Source of the DNA: an uncultured Actinomycetota bacterium
GTDB taxonomy: Bacteria; Actinomycetota; Actinomycetes; Streptosporangiales; Streptosporangiaceae
DNA: 64,000 nt
Direction: 5' to 3'
Assembly (NCBI GenBank): GCA_963831615.1
Contig: CAWHQU010000010.1
Coordinates: 27,404 to 91,403, forward strand
In this document: positions 47,303 to 56,708 of the stretch, piece by piece
How the letters are laid out: each line of letters begins with the position of its first letter
Numbering within the stretch: the stretch's first letter is position 1
Translations under genes and position numbers: made by a program
Notes under the pieces: generated by a model
The model's input: the letters and a program-made list of their open reading frames with translations, nothing else
The model's database searches: none
Told to the model about the DNA's origin: nothing

Positions 47303-48286
47303 ATGAGATTCCTGCTCCGGCGAGCTGTGTTCTTCGTGCTCACCCTGTGGGCCTGCGTAACACTGAACTTCGTGCTCCCCCGGCTGATGCCGGGCAACCC
47401 GGCGATCGCGCTGCTGGCCAAGTTCCACGGTCGGCTGAGCCCGGTCGCGCTCAAAGCCATCGAGATCGCCTTCGGCGTCAAAACCAATCAGAACCTTGCC
47501 TCGCAGTACGTCAGCTACCTGCACGACCTGGTGATCGGCAACCTCGGCACCTCGCTGACGTTCTTCCCCACTCCGGTGAGCGTCGTCATCCGCGGCGCCA
47601 TCCTCTACACGCTGGGCCTCGTCGGAGTCACCACGATCCTGGCCTTCCTGCTGGGGACGCTGATCGGGATCGTCGGGGCCTGGCGGCGGGGCGGCTGGCT
47701 GGACAGCGTATTGCCGCCGGTCTTCGTCATCACCTCGGCGATCCCGTACTTCTGGGTCGGGATGCTGCTGATCCTGGTGTTCGGCATCCAGCTGCACTGG
47801 TTCCCTTATGACTTCGCCTACGACCCGTCCTTGTCGCCGAGCCTGACCCCCTCGTTTATCGGCAACGTGGTCGTCCACTCGATATTGCCGGCCGTTGCCA
47901 TCCTGATCACCTCGATCGGCGGCTGGATCCTGACGATGCGGAACACGATGATCACCACGCTCGCCGAGGACTACGTCAAGATGGCCAGGGCCAAGGGCCT
48001 GCCCAGCCGGCGCATCATGTTCGACTACGCGGCCCGCAACGCGATCCTGCCGAACCTGTCAGGCTTCGCCATGTCGGTCGGCTTCATCGTCAGCGGCGCT
48101 GTGCTCGTCGAGTTCGTCTTCAACTACAACGGTCTCGGTTACCTGCTGGTCCAGGCGCTCGACTCCGAGGACTACCCGCTGATGCAAGCGCTGTTCTTGC
48201 TGATCACAGTTGCCGTGCTGGTGGCAATTCTGCTCGCCGACATCGTCACGGCGGTCCTGGACCCACGCACCAGGTCGGCGAGGTGA
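47303..48286 (+). CDS. ABC transporter permease (DppB/OppB-like)
   Basis: MRFLLRRAVFFVLTLWACVTLNFVLPRLMPGNP is the typical DppB-type N-terminus; EAA loop EDYVKMARAKGLPSRRIMFDYAARNA. Confidence 0.9.
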   Translation: MRFLLRRAVFFVLTLWACVTLNFVLPRLMPGNPAIALLAKFHGRLSPVALKAIEIAFGVKTNQNLASQYVSYLHDLVIGNLGTSLTFFPTPVSVVIRGAILYTLGLVGVTTILAFLLGTLIGIVGAWRRGGWLDSVLPPVFVITSAIPYFWVGMLLILVFGIQLHWFPYDFAYDPSLSPSLTPSFIGNVVVHSILPAVAILITSIGGWILTMRNTMITTLAEDYVKMARAKGLPSRRIMFDYAARNAILPNLSGFAMSVGFIVSGAVLVEFVFNYNGLGYLLVQALDSEDYPLMQALFLLITVAVLVAILLADIVTAVLDPRTRSAR

Positions 48287-48293
48287 CGCGGCA

Positions 48294-49280
48294 ATGGCCA
48301 TTCTGACGGGCGCAGCACTCGGCGAGCCGGCCCCCGGCGTCGCCCAGCCGGACGGCCAGGCACAAGCCGGCCAGGCCATCGCCCGTATCTGGCGGGCGAT
48401 CCGGTCGAACAAGAAGGCATTCGCCGGCGCGGTCCTGCTGGCGATCTTCACGTTTCTGGCAATCTTCCCGTGGGCGATCGCCCGCGATAGTCCGCAGGCG
48501 GAGATCTACGGACGCAGTCTCGGACCATCCGCAGCGCACTGGCTCGGCACCACGTCGTACGGTCAGGACCTGTTCGCCCAGGCCGTGTGGGGCGCCAGGG
48601 AAACGCTCGTCATCGCCGTCGTGTCCGGCGTGCTGTCGACGTTCCTGTCAGTGATCATGGGCCTGGCCGCCGGATACCTCGGCGGAGTGTGGGACGCGGT
48701 GCTTAACTTCATCACCGACGTGCTGCTGGTCGTCCCGACGTTTCCGCTGCTGATCATTATCGTGGCCTACCTGCCCGGGATCGGCGTGCCGGGCCTTATT
48801 GCCGTGCTGGTCGTCACCGGCTACTCCTACGGAGCCAGGCAACTTCGGGCCCAGACTCTGTCGGTCCGCAGCCGTGACTACCTGGAAGCTGCCAGAGTCC
48901 GCGGCGAGCGCAGCATCTACGTCATCCTGGTCGAGATCATCCCGTCGATGACATCGTTGATCGTCGCGACCTTCCTCGGAACCGCTGTCTACAACGTGCT
49001 GGCGGCGGCCGGGCTGCAGTTCCTCGGTCTCGGCAACCCGGACTCGGTGAGCTGGGGCACGATGCTCTACTGGGCCCAGAACAACGAGGCGCTGCAGACC
49101 GATCAGTACATGTGGGCGCTCGTTCCCGGTGCCCTGATCGGGCTGCTCGGCGCCGCGTTCGCGCTGCTTAACTACGCGTTCGACGAGATCAGCAACCCGG
49201 CCCTGGCGCGTGTCCCGATTAGCCGCACCCGCCACCTGAACCCCGTCATGAGGAGGCTCAGTGCGAACCGGGCAGACTGA
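48294..49280 (+). CDS. ABC transporter permease (DppC/OppC-like)
   Basis: ATG at 48294 just after the upstream stop. HWLGTTSYGQDLF and YLEAARVRGERSIYVI blocks. Confidence 0.85.
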   Translation: MAILTGAALGEPAPGVAQPDGQAQAGQAIARIWRAIRSNKKAFAGAVLLAIFTFLAIFPWAIARDSPQAEIYGRSLGPSAAHWLGTTSYGQDLFAQAVWGARETLVIAVVSGVLSTFLSVIMGLAAGYLGGVWDAVLNFITDVLLVVPTFPLLIIIVAYLPGIGVPGLIAVLVVTGYSYGARQLRAQTLSVRSRDYLEAARVRGERSIYVILVEIIPSMTSLIVATFLGTAVYNVLAAAGLQFLGLGNPDSVSWGTMLYWAQNNEALQTDQYMWALVPGALIGLLGAAFALLNYAFDEISNPALARVPISRTRHLNPVMRRLSANRAD

Positions 49281-50286
49281 GCGGCTGGACTTCGGCCCGG
49301 CCGGCCAGACGACCGGCCCGGTCCTGGAGATCAGGGACCTGTCGGTCAGCTACCAGACCAAGCGGGGTACCGTCCGCGCCGTCGAGGACGTCAGCTTCGA
49401 CCTGGCCAGCGGTGAGTTCCTCGGCATCGTCGGCGAGTCCGGCTGCGGCAAGTCCACGCTGCTGTTCGCGATCGCCCAGCTGCTGTCGCCGCCAGCGGTC
49501 CTGGACGGCGGCAGCGTCACCTTCCAGGGGACCAACCTCGTCAACCTGACCGAGGCCCAGCTTGCCAGTATCCGCTGGAAGAAGCTGTCGGTGGTCATGC
49601 AGAGCGCGATGAACGCGCTCAACCCGGTCACGACGATCGGCGCCCAGTTCACCGATGCGATGCGCGCACATGGCGTCAGGTCGAAAGAGGAGATTACGCA
49701 GCGCTCCGTCGAGGTCCTGCGCATGGTGGGCATCGACCCGGTGCACCTGAGGAGCTATGCACACCAGCTATCCGGCGGCATGCGGCAGCGGTCCATGATC
49801 GCGATGGCACTGTTGTTCACGCCTGACCTGGTCATCATGGACGAGCCGACGTCCGCGCTCGACGTTGTCGCGCAGCGCTCGCTGATGATCCAGATCAAGG
49901 ATCTCCAGCAGCAGCTCGGCTTCGCGGTCGTCTTCGTTACCCACGACATGTCGCTGGTCAGCCACTTCTCCGACCGGCTCATGGTGATGTACGCCGGCCA
50001 GGTAGCCGAGCTCGGCTCCACCCGGAGCGTCTTCGACGCGCCGCGGCACCCCTACAGCGTCGGCCTGCTCGACGCCTTCCCGTCGATCCGCGGGCCGAAG
50101 GTGCCGCTGACCGGCATCCCCGGCAGCCCGCCCGACCTGGCACGCCCGCCCGAAGGCTGCCGGTTCGCGCCGCGCTGTCCGCGGGTGCAAGACAGGTGCA
50201 AGGACGCGCCGGTGCGCCTCTACCACGTGGACGACGTCCTGGTCCGTTGCCTTCGAGCAGGAAACGGGGTGGGCGGGGATGACTGA
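49261..50286 (+). CDS. ABC transporter ATP-binding protein (DppD/OppD-like)
   Basis: Walker A GESGCGKS, signature LSGGMRQR, Walker B LVIMDEPTSALD, C-terminal oligopeptide-type extension with CRFAPRCP. Confidence 0.9.
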   Translation: MRTGQTERLDFGPAGQTTGPVLEIRDLSVSYQTKRGTVRAVEDVSFDLASGEFLGIVGESGCGKSTLLFAIAQLLSPPAVLDGGSVTFQGTNLVNLTEAQLASIRWKKLSVVMQSAMNALNPVTTIGAQFTDAMRAHGVRSKEEITQRSVEVLRMVGIDPVHLRSYAHQLSGGMRQRSMIAMALLFTPDLVIMDEPTSALDVVAQRSLMIQIKDLQQQLGFAVVFVTHDMSLVSHFSDRLMVMYAGQVAELGSTRSVFDAPRHPYSVGLLDAFPSIRGPKVPLTGIPGSPPDLARPPEGCRFAPRCPRVQDRCKDAPVRLYHVDDVLVRCLRAGNGVGGDD

Positions 50287-51280
50287 TTCCGCGCCGTTGC
50301 TGCGGACCGAGGGACTGACCAAGCACTTCCGGATCGGCAGCGGCCTGCACCGCAACACGCTGCATGCGGTGGACGAAGTGAGCCTGGAGATCGGCGACCA
50401 GGAGATCGTGGCGCTAGCCGGGGAGAGCGGCAGCGGCAAGAGCACCATCGCCCGGCTGCTCGCCAGGATCTATCAGCCGACCGCCGGCGAGATCTACTTC
50501 CAGGGCAAGCCGCTGTCCAGCGTGCGGTCCCGGCCGGACATGCTGCGGTACCGCAGTGACGTGCCGATGGTCTTCCAGGACCCGTTCGGCTCGATCAACC
50601 CGGTATTCCGGGTGTCGCACGGGGTGCAGCGCAGCCTCAAACTTCACCGGCCGGACCTGTCAGCAGCTGAGCGGAAACAGGAAGCCAGGCGAGTCTTCGA
50701 GATTGTCGGGCTCAGCCCGGCGGCCGACGTGCTGAACCGGTATCCGCACGAGCTCAGCGGCGGGCAACGGCAACGGGTCGGCTTCGCGCAGGCACTGGCG
50801 ATGCGGCCCAAGCTAATCCTGGCCGACGAGCCGGTGTCGATGCTCGACGTGTCGATCCGGATCGGGCTGCTCAACCTGATGAAGCAGCTGCGCGACGAGC
50901 AGGGCGTGTCGATCCTGTACATCACCCACGACATCGCCAGCGCGCGGTATGTCGCCGACCGGCTCATCGTCATGTATGCCGGGCAGATCGCGGAGGCAGG
51001 TCCGGTCGAGGACGTGCTGGCAAGCCCGCGGCACCCGTACACCCAGCTGCTGCTGTCGGCAGTACCCGACCCGAAGGCCGAGCTGACCATCGGCGCCGAC
51101 ACCGACCGGGGCGAGCCGCCGCGGGTGATCAACCCGACGCCTGGCTGCCGCTTCCGGTTCCGGTGCCCGCTGGCGATGACCGACTGTCATAACCAGACCC
51201 CGAAGCTGCTGGAGCTCGCCCCTGGTCACGACGCCGCCTGCCTGGTCGCGCAGTCCGGGGCGGAAGTAAAGGCCTTCTGA
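50279..51280 (+). CDS. ABC transporter ATP-binding protein (DppF/OppF-like)
   Basis: Walker A GESGSGKS, signature LSGGQRQR, Walker B LILADEPVSMLD, CRFRFRCP tail. Confidence 0.9.
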   Translation: MTDSAPLLRTEGLTKHFRIGSGLHRNTLHAVDEVSLEIGDQEIVALAGESGSGKSTIARLLARIYQPTAGEIYFQGKPLSSVRSRPDMLRYRSDVPMVFQDPFGSINPVFRVSHGVQRSLKLHRPDLSAAERKQEARRVFEIVGLSPAADVLNRYPHELSGGQRQRVGFAQALAMRPKLILADEPVSMLDVSIRIGLLNLMKQLRDEQGVSILYITHDIASARYVADRLIVMYAGQIAEAGPVEDVLASPRHPYTQLLLSAVPDPKAELTIGADTDRGEPPRVINPTPGCRFRFRCPLAMTDCHNQTPKLLELAPGHDAACLVAQSGAEVKAF

Positions 51281-51361
51281 GTCAATGCACGCCCTCGACG
51301 GCACGCACTGTAACTGCACAACGTCAATGCATACCTGTCTAGCTGAAGTGAGGCGCTCTCC

Positions 51362-52627
51362 ATGAAACTCGCGGTTGTCGGCGGCGGCTCTACCTACTCC
51401 CCGGAGCTTGTCGACGGCATCGCCCGGCTGACCGGCGATATCAAGATCACCGAGCTGGTACTAGCTGATCCGGATGCCGAGCGGCTGGCGGTTGTCGGGC
51501 CGTTCTCAGCCCGGATCATGGCTCGTCACGGTCACCCGGCGACTGTCTCGTGGACCACCGACAATGACGCGGCCATCGACGGCGCCGGCGCGGTGCTGCT
51601 GCAACTGCGGGTCGGCGGTCAGGCCACCCGGCACCGGGACGAGACCTGGCCGCTGGACTGCGGCTGCATCGGCCAGGAGACAACCGGGGCCGGCGGGTTC
51701 GCCAAGGCGCTGCGCACCGTGCCGGTCGTGCTGGACGTTGCCGAGCGCGTGCGCCAGCGGGCTGCCAGCGACGCGTGGATCATCGACTTCACCAATCCGG
51801 TCGGCATCGTCACCAGGGCGCTCCTGGATGCGGGCCACCGGGCGATCGGCCTGTGCAACGTGGCGATCGGGTACCAGCGCACCTTCGCCGGGATGCTCGG
51901 CGTGGCGCCTGACGCCGTTGCGCTGGACCACGTCGGCCTGAACCACCTGACCTGGGAACGTGCTGCGCTCGTCGACGGCAAGGACCGGCTGCCCGAACTG
52001 CTCGACGCACACGGCGAGGAGATTGCCGCCCATACCGGGCTGCCGCTCGCAGTGACCCGCGCCGTCAGTGCCGTTCCCTCCTATTACCTCCGGTACTACT
52101 GGGCGCACGACGAGGTGGTGGCGGAGGAGCGCGGTCGCGAGACGCGCGCGCAGGCTGTCGCTGAGATCGAGCGGCAGCTGATGGCGATGTATGCCGACCC
52201 CGCCCTGGACACTAAGCCGGAACTGCTGCAGCATCGCGGCGGCGCGTACTACTCCGAGGCTGCGGTGGCGCTGCTGGCCTCCCTGGTCAGCAACACTCGC
52301 GACCGCCAGGTGGTAAACGTCCGGAACAACGGGACACTGCCGTTCCTCGCGGATCAGGCAGTGATCGAAGTGTCTGCCACGATCGGCTCGTCTGGTGCGG
52401 TGCCAGTGCCGGTCTCGCCGGTGAGCCCGCTGATGAGCGGCTTGATCGCGCATGTGTCGGCATACGAAGAACTGGCGGTGGACGCGGCGCTGCGCGGTGG
52501 CAGGGACCGGGTTGCCAAGGCGTTGCTGGCCCACCCGCTGGTGGGGCAGTACGACCTGGCCGAGAAGCTCACCGACCGGCTGCTTGCGGAGAACGCGCGC
52601 TTCCTGCCCTGGGCCGCCGGCCAGTGA
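51362..52627 (+). CDS. Glycoside hydrolase family 4 (6-phospho-beta-glucosidase-like, NAD/Mn-dependent)
   Basis: MKLAVVGGGSTYSPELVDGI (Rossmann N-terminus), NFTNPVGIVTRAL and GLCNVAIG blocks are typical GH4. Confidence 0.8.
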   Translation: MKLAVVGGGSTYSPELVDGIARLTGDIKITELVLADPDAERLAVVGPFSARIMARHGHPATVSWTTDNDAAIDGAGAVLLQLRVGGQATRHRDETWPLDCGCIGQETTGAGGFAKALRTVPVVLDVAERVRQRAASDAWIIDFTNPVGIVTRALLDAGHRAIGLCNVAIGYQRTFAGMLGVAPDAVALDHVGLNHLTWERAALVDGKDRLPELLDAHGEEIAAHTGLPLAVTRAVSAVPSYYLRYYWAHDEVVAEERGRETRAQAVAEIERQLMAMYADPALDTKPELLQHRGGAYYSEAAVALLASLVSNTRDRQVVNVRNNGTLPFLADQAVIEVSATIGSSGAVPVPVSPVSPLMSGLIAHVSAYEELAVDAALRGGRDRVAKALLAHPLVGQYDLAEKLTDRLLAENARFLPWAAGQ

Positions 52628-53670
52628 GCAGCGGTGCTGCGGACGGACGCGCGGCGGTCCTGGCCATCGACGGCGGTAACAGCAAGACCGACGTCGCGCT
52701 GATCGGAACTGACGGCTGCATCCTCGGGGTGGCCCGTGGCGGCAACTCCAACCACCAGGGCATCGGCATCGACGGCACCGTCGCCGTGCTGTCCGGGCTG
52801 GTGCGGTCGGCGGCTGCGCAGGCGGGGTTGCCGGCTGACGGCGTCGTCGCGCAGCACACCTCGGCCTGCCTGGCCGGCGCGGACCTGCCATCAGAGGAAG
52901 CCGACCTGAATCGCCTGGTTGCCTCCCTCGGCTGGTCGGCCACGAGCGAGGTGCTGAACGACACCTTCGCGGTGCTGCGGGCCGGCCTGGACGACGGCGC
53001 GAGCGAGCACTGGGGCATCGGGGTGGTCTGCGGGGCAGGCATCAACTGCGTGGGGGTCGCCCCGGACGGCCGGACGACCCGGTTCTTGTCACTGGGTGAG
53101 CTATCCGGTGACTGGGGTGGCGGCGGCGAGCTGGGGCCGCAGGCACTCTGGTGGGCGGTCAGGGCCGAGGACGGCCGCGGGCCTGAGACTGAACTTCGGA
53201 CTGCCGTGCCGGCGTATTTCGGCATGGAGCGCGTCGAGGACGTCGTCATCGGCATTCACCTCGGCAAGATCCCGTATGAAGACCGGCACCGGCTTGTGCC
53301 AGTGCTGTTCGAGGTAGCCGGCAGCGGCGATCAGGTGGCCAGGGACCTGCTGGCTCGCCAGGCCGAGGAGATCTGCCTGATGGCCGAGGTCGCTGCTCGC
53401 CGCCTCGATCTCACCGGAGAGCACAGCCCGACCGCGCATCGCGGCCTGGAGACGATCCCGGTAGTTCTGGGCGGAAGCCTGATGACGGCGCGCGATCCGT
53501 TGCTCACTGGCGCGATATCCGCCCGGCTCGCGGAGCGGATCCCCGGTTCGGAGATCCGGATCGTGGACGTTCCGCCCGTCGCCGGAGCGGCGCTACTCGG
53601 CCTCGACCGCGTCGGCGCGCCGCCGAGCGCTGCCGCGCGGCTGCGCGAGCACGCCCGAGCGACTTGGTAG
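52624..53670 (+). CDS. BadF/BadG/BcrA/BcrD-type ATPase (N-acetylglucosamine kinase-like)
   Basis: VLAIDGGNSKTDVALIGTDGCILGVARGGNSNHQ and VVCGAGINCVG are typical of the BadF-type sugar kinase family. 4-nt overlap with the GH4 gene. Confidence 0.75.
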   Translation: MSSGAADGRAAVLAIDGGNSKTDVALIGTDGCILGVARGGNSNHQGIGIDGTVAVLSGLVRSAAAQAGLPADGVVAQHTSACLAGADLPSEEADLNRLVASLGWSATSEVLNDTFAVLRAGLDDGASEHWGIGVVCGAGINCVGVAPDGRTTRFLSLGELSGDWGGGGELGPQALWWAVRAEDGRGPETELRTAVPAYFGMERVEDVVIGIHLGKIPYEDRHRLVPVLFEVAGSGDQVARDLLARQAEEICLMAEVAARRLDLTGEHSPTAHRGLETIPVVLGGSLMTARDPLLTGAISARLAERIPGSEIRIVDVPPVAGAALLGLDRVGAPPSAAARLREHARATW

Positions 53671-53726
53671 CTGGCAACATCGCGACATTCCGGTCATATC
53701 GTCCCTCGGCGCAGCGCCCCCGGCGC

Positions 53727-53810
53727 ACTTAGCATCCGAAACAGCCTCTTTGTTCGGCCCCTATGACCGGTTATGCCTGACATGTGACGGCATTATCAGA
53801 TGCTAAGTGG
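53727..53810. repeat. 84-bp lower-GC element bounded by perfect 11-bp inverted repeats, with internal hairpins
   Basis: CACTTAGCATC (53727-53737) and GATGCTAAGTG (53800-53810). Inside are ATGCC-TGACATGTGAC-GGCAT and a CCGAA...TTCGG hairpin. Lies between convergent genes. Confidence 0.6.
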
Positions 53811-53872
53811 ATGACGCGAGGCGCAAAAAGGGCGAACCGGCCGACTGATAGCGGCAGCAGCGGCGCGGTCGT

Positions 53873-54658
53873 TCATTCGGGAGCGGCGAGCCAGCCGGGC
53901 GCGGGGCGGGTCGCCAGACCCCGTTCGAGCAGCTGGCCGGCCAGGTCAGCCGGCAGTAGCCAGCGCCAGCTGAACCACCGGGCCAAGTCCTGCTCCGGGG
54001 TCACCACCGCGGCCCGCAGCGCCCTTGCCATCAGCGCAACCATGTCGAACGGCAGCCCGGACGGCCGCGGATACACCTGATCCCAGCGAGCCAGCTCGCT
54101 GCGATGGACGTGCCCGCCGGCCGAGCGGGCGGGCAGCACAACCGAGCGCGCGACAATCGCCCCGCTGCGCTGCAGCGATGAACGCAGTGCCTTAAACGCC
54201 TTGTGCGTCAGGCCGAGTTCAAGCTCGACGTCGTCGGCAAGCGACGGTCCGGAGTCTGCGAGATGCGCCAGCAGCTTGCGACAGCCCGGATCCGTCGCCT
54301 CCAGCCGGGCAAGCTCCGCCCGGCAAACCGGATCGACCAGCGCCGCGGCGTCGTCGGCCAGCAGCGTTGTCTTGCCCTGATGAATGTCCAGCGACAGCAC
54401 GCCAGGAAGCTCAGCCAGTTCGTGCGCCCACGGCCATTTGGTGGCCGGCCAGCTCGCAAAGCCGCGACCGCCTGCCTGAAACGGCTCCTCGTGGCAGGCC
54501 GCGTACAAGCTTGGCAGTGCGCTATCAGCGGTCCGCGTCAGCAGTCCCCGGTCCCGCAGGAATGCATGCGCCTCGCTGAGCGACTCGAGCGCGCGGTCCG
54601 GGGTCAGCCTGCACTCGTAGTCGCGCCGCCGCAGCAGCTCCGTCAGACCATCGGCCAT
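53873..54658 (-). CDS. Conserved hypothetical protein (no family recognised)
   Basis: 261-aa ORF with coding-like high third-position GC, directly downstream of the EEP gene on the same strand. Confidence 0.5.
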   Translation of the reverse strand: MADGLTELLRRRDYECRLTPDRALESLSEAHAFLRDRGLLTRTADSALPSLYAACHEEPFQAGGRGFASWPATKWPWAHELAELPGVLSLDIHQGKTTLLADDAAALVDPVCRAELARLEATDPGCRKLLAHLADSGPSLADDVELELGLTHKAFKALRSSLQRSGAIVARSVVLPARSAGGHVHRSELARWDQVYPRPSGLPFDMVALMARALRAAVVTPEQDLARWFSWRWLLPADLAGQLLERGLATRPAPGWLAAPE

Positions 54659-54688
54659 GCTTGCCCCGCTCGCGGTATTAGCGGCCGG

Positions 54689-55687
54689 TCACCCGGTCGC
54701 CGGTGAGCGCGGCAACTGGATCTCCGCGTAGAGGGCGCGGTGATCGGTGCCGGGCAGGTTGCGGGCCGACACCGCTCGTACCGCGCACCGCCGGTCAACC
54801 AGGATGTGGTCGATGGCCAGCAATGCCACCTCGCCACCGGGGCGCGGGCCCCACGTCGGGACGAGCCCGCGGCCAACCTGAACGGCTGCGTCCGCGTAAC
54901 CCAGGCGCAAGAGCGCACGGAACCGCGCGTGGTCCAGGGTCGCGTTGAAGTCACCGGCCAGAATCACCGGGACGTCGTCGCGGGGGCCGGGCAGCATCGC
55001 CATCTCGGAGCGCCACCGGGCGGCACCGCCCGGCGACTGTGCCCCTCGTGGCGGGCGCAGGTGGACGCAGACTAGCTCAACGGATTGCCCAGGGGAGATG
55101 TCCAGGCGAGCGACGGGCCTGGATCGCGATGCGGGCGGAACGTCCAGGCCATCGCGGAGCGGGTAGCGCGCGTAGATGCCGCTGCCTTTCGGGCCGTAAT
55201 TGGCCGGCTCGAGCACCTGATTCGGCAGCACGCTGTCGAGCCCCGCCTTATGCAGCCGTGCCAGGGCGCCATCAGTGAGTTCCTGCAAGAACAGCACGTC
55301 GGCGCCGGTCGTCGTCACGAGCCCGACGACGGACTCGGCGTCGGCGCGGCCGACCAGCATGTTCACGGTCAGCACTCGCAGCTCAGCACCGTCAGCGCGG
55401 GGCTGGGGGCGCGGAATCGCGCGTGGCGCGACAGCAGCGGTCAGCGCCGCCGCTGCCAGCGTGGCCGCACCGCGAGTGCTACTGCGCTGCAGCAGCGGGA
55501 GAGCGGCCACGGCCGCCGCTGTCACGTGGGGAGTGAAGGCCAGCGACGGCACTGTCCACCCCTCAGTGCTGCGCAATCGGTCGGCGCCTGCCAGCCGAGC
55601 GCCGGCCCATGCTGCCAGTCCGCCCGCTACGACCCAGCGCAGGTGTGATGACGACATCTGCACATGATCCCAGACGGCACGGCTCAT
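54689..55687 (-). CDS. Endonuclease/exonuclease/phosphatase (EEP) family protein with N-terminal membrane segments
   Basis: LRVLTVNMLVGRAD...DVLFLQELT...VCVHL...ILAGDFNAT...DHILV...TDHRAL follows the EEP catalytic motif order. Confidence 0.8.
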   Translation of the reverse strand: MSRAVWDHVQMSSSHLRWVVAGGLAAWAGARLAGADRLRSTEGWTVPSLAFTPHVTAAAVAALPLLQRSSTRGAATLAAAALTAAVAPRAIPRPQPRADGAELRVLTVNMLVGRADAESVVGLVTTTGADVLFLQELTDGALARLHKAGLDSVLPNQVLEPANYGPKGSGIYARYPLRDGLDVPPASRSRPVARLDISPGQSVELVCVHLRPPRGAQSPGGAARWRSEMAMLPGPRDDVPVILAGDFNATLDHARFRALLRLGYADAAVQVGRGLVPTWGPRPGGEVALLAIDHILVDRRCAVRAVSARNLPGTDHRALYAEIQLPRSPATG

Positions 55688-55728
55688 GATCGTATCGACC
55701 GGCCGCCGTCTGTCCCGAGCTTCTTGGC

Positions 55729-56547
55729 TCAGCTCAGCAGATAACAGGCGATCGCGGCCGCAGCTGCGACGTTGAGTGAGTCAACGCCCCGGCTCATCGG
55801 AATCCGGACTGCCTGATCGGCGGCCGCGAGCCAGCGGCCGGACAAGCCATTACCCTCGCCGCCTATCAGCAAGGCGACCTTGCCGCTCAGCCGGTCCGGC
55901 CCGGCGACCTCGCCGATCGGAGTCGCCGCCGGATCGGGAGTCAGCGCCAATACCCGGAAACCCGCCGCTTGCAGTTCGGCCAGGCCGCCGCGCCAGTCGG
56001 GCAGCCGGGTGTAAGGAACTGCCAGCACGGCGCCCATCGACACCTTGACAGAGCGCCGGTACAGCGGGTCCGCGCACCGGGGCGCTAGCAGCACGGCATC
56101 GAAGCCGAGCGCGGCTGCGCAGCGGAAGACCGCGCCGACGTTCGCATGGTCGACGACGTCCTCGAGTACGACGATGCGGCGCGCGGATGCCAGCAGGCCG
56201 GCAACCGGCGGCAGCGGCAGCCGCTGCATCGAGGCCAGCGCGCCGCGGTGCACGTGATAGCCGGTGAGCTCTTCAGCAACCTCGGGCGGCAGCACGTACA
56301 ACGGCGCTTCGCAAGAGGCGGCGACATCCGCGATCGTCGCCAGCTTGTCCTGGCCGACCAGCAGCGACCGAACCGGGTAGCCAGCCGCGATCGCCCTGGA
56401 GATGACTTTCTCCCCCTCAGCGATGAACAGCCCGTGTTCAGCCTCCAGGCTGCGGCGAAGGTGCACGTCAGTGAGGCGGACATAGTCGGCCAGCCGAGGG
56501 TCGCCGGCGTCGGTGACCAACTGACCGGATGCCCCGTCGGCTGCCAT
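55729..56547 (-). CDS. TrmH/SpoU-family RNA 2'-O-methyltransferase
   Basis: VVLEDVVDHANVGAVFRCAAALGFDAVLL, LLIGGEGNGLS and IPMSRGVDSLNVAAAAAIACY are SpoU motifs 1-3. ATG at 56545-56547. Confidence 0.85.
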   Translation of the reverse strand: MAADGASGQLVTDAGDPRLADYVRLTDVHLRRSLEAEHGLFIAEGEKVISRAIAAGYPVRSLLVGQDKLATIADVAASCEAPLYVLPPEVAEELTGYHVHRGALASMQRLPLPPVAGLLASARRIVVLEDVVDHANVGAVFRCAAALGFDAVLLAPRCADPLYRRSVKVSMGAVLAVPYTRLPDWRGGLAELQAAGFRVLALTPDPAATPIGEVAGPDRLSGKVALLIGGEGNGLSGRWLAAADQAVRIPMSRGVDSLNVAAAAAIACYLLS

Positions 56548-56708
56548 GTCGCCATTCTGACTGGCCGCCGGGCTGCATTCTGACTGGCTGCCGGACTGGG
56601 GCCCGTGGACCGCGCCCAAAACCGGTAAAGTCTGCCGTTCTGTGACCAGAAGCCCGATATAGTCAGCCTCGCCGGTTGGCGAGAGCGGACGGACCAAAGG
56701 ACCCATAC

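Noticed and set aside
51506-52891. 461-aa minus-strand ORF
   Set aside because: It is antisense to the GH4 and BadF-kinase genes, which have clear family motifs. The translation is Arg/Pro-rich noise.
53784-54080. 98-aa plus-strand ORF starting inside the 84-bp inverted-repeat element
   Set aside because: It overlaps the 3' end of the minus-strand gene 53873..54658 in antisense. Its composition and lack of motifs argue against coding.
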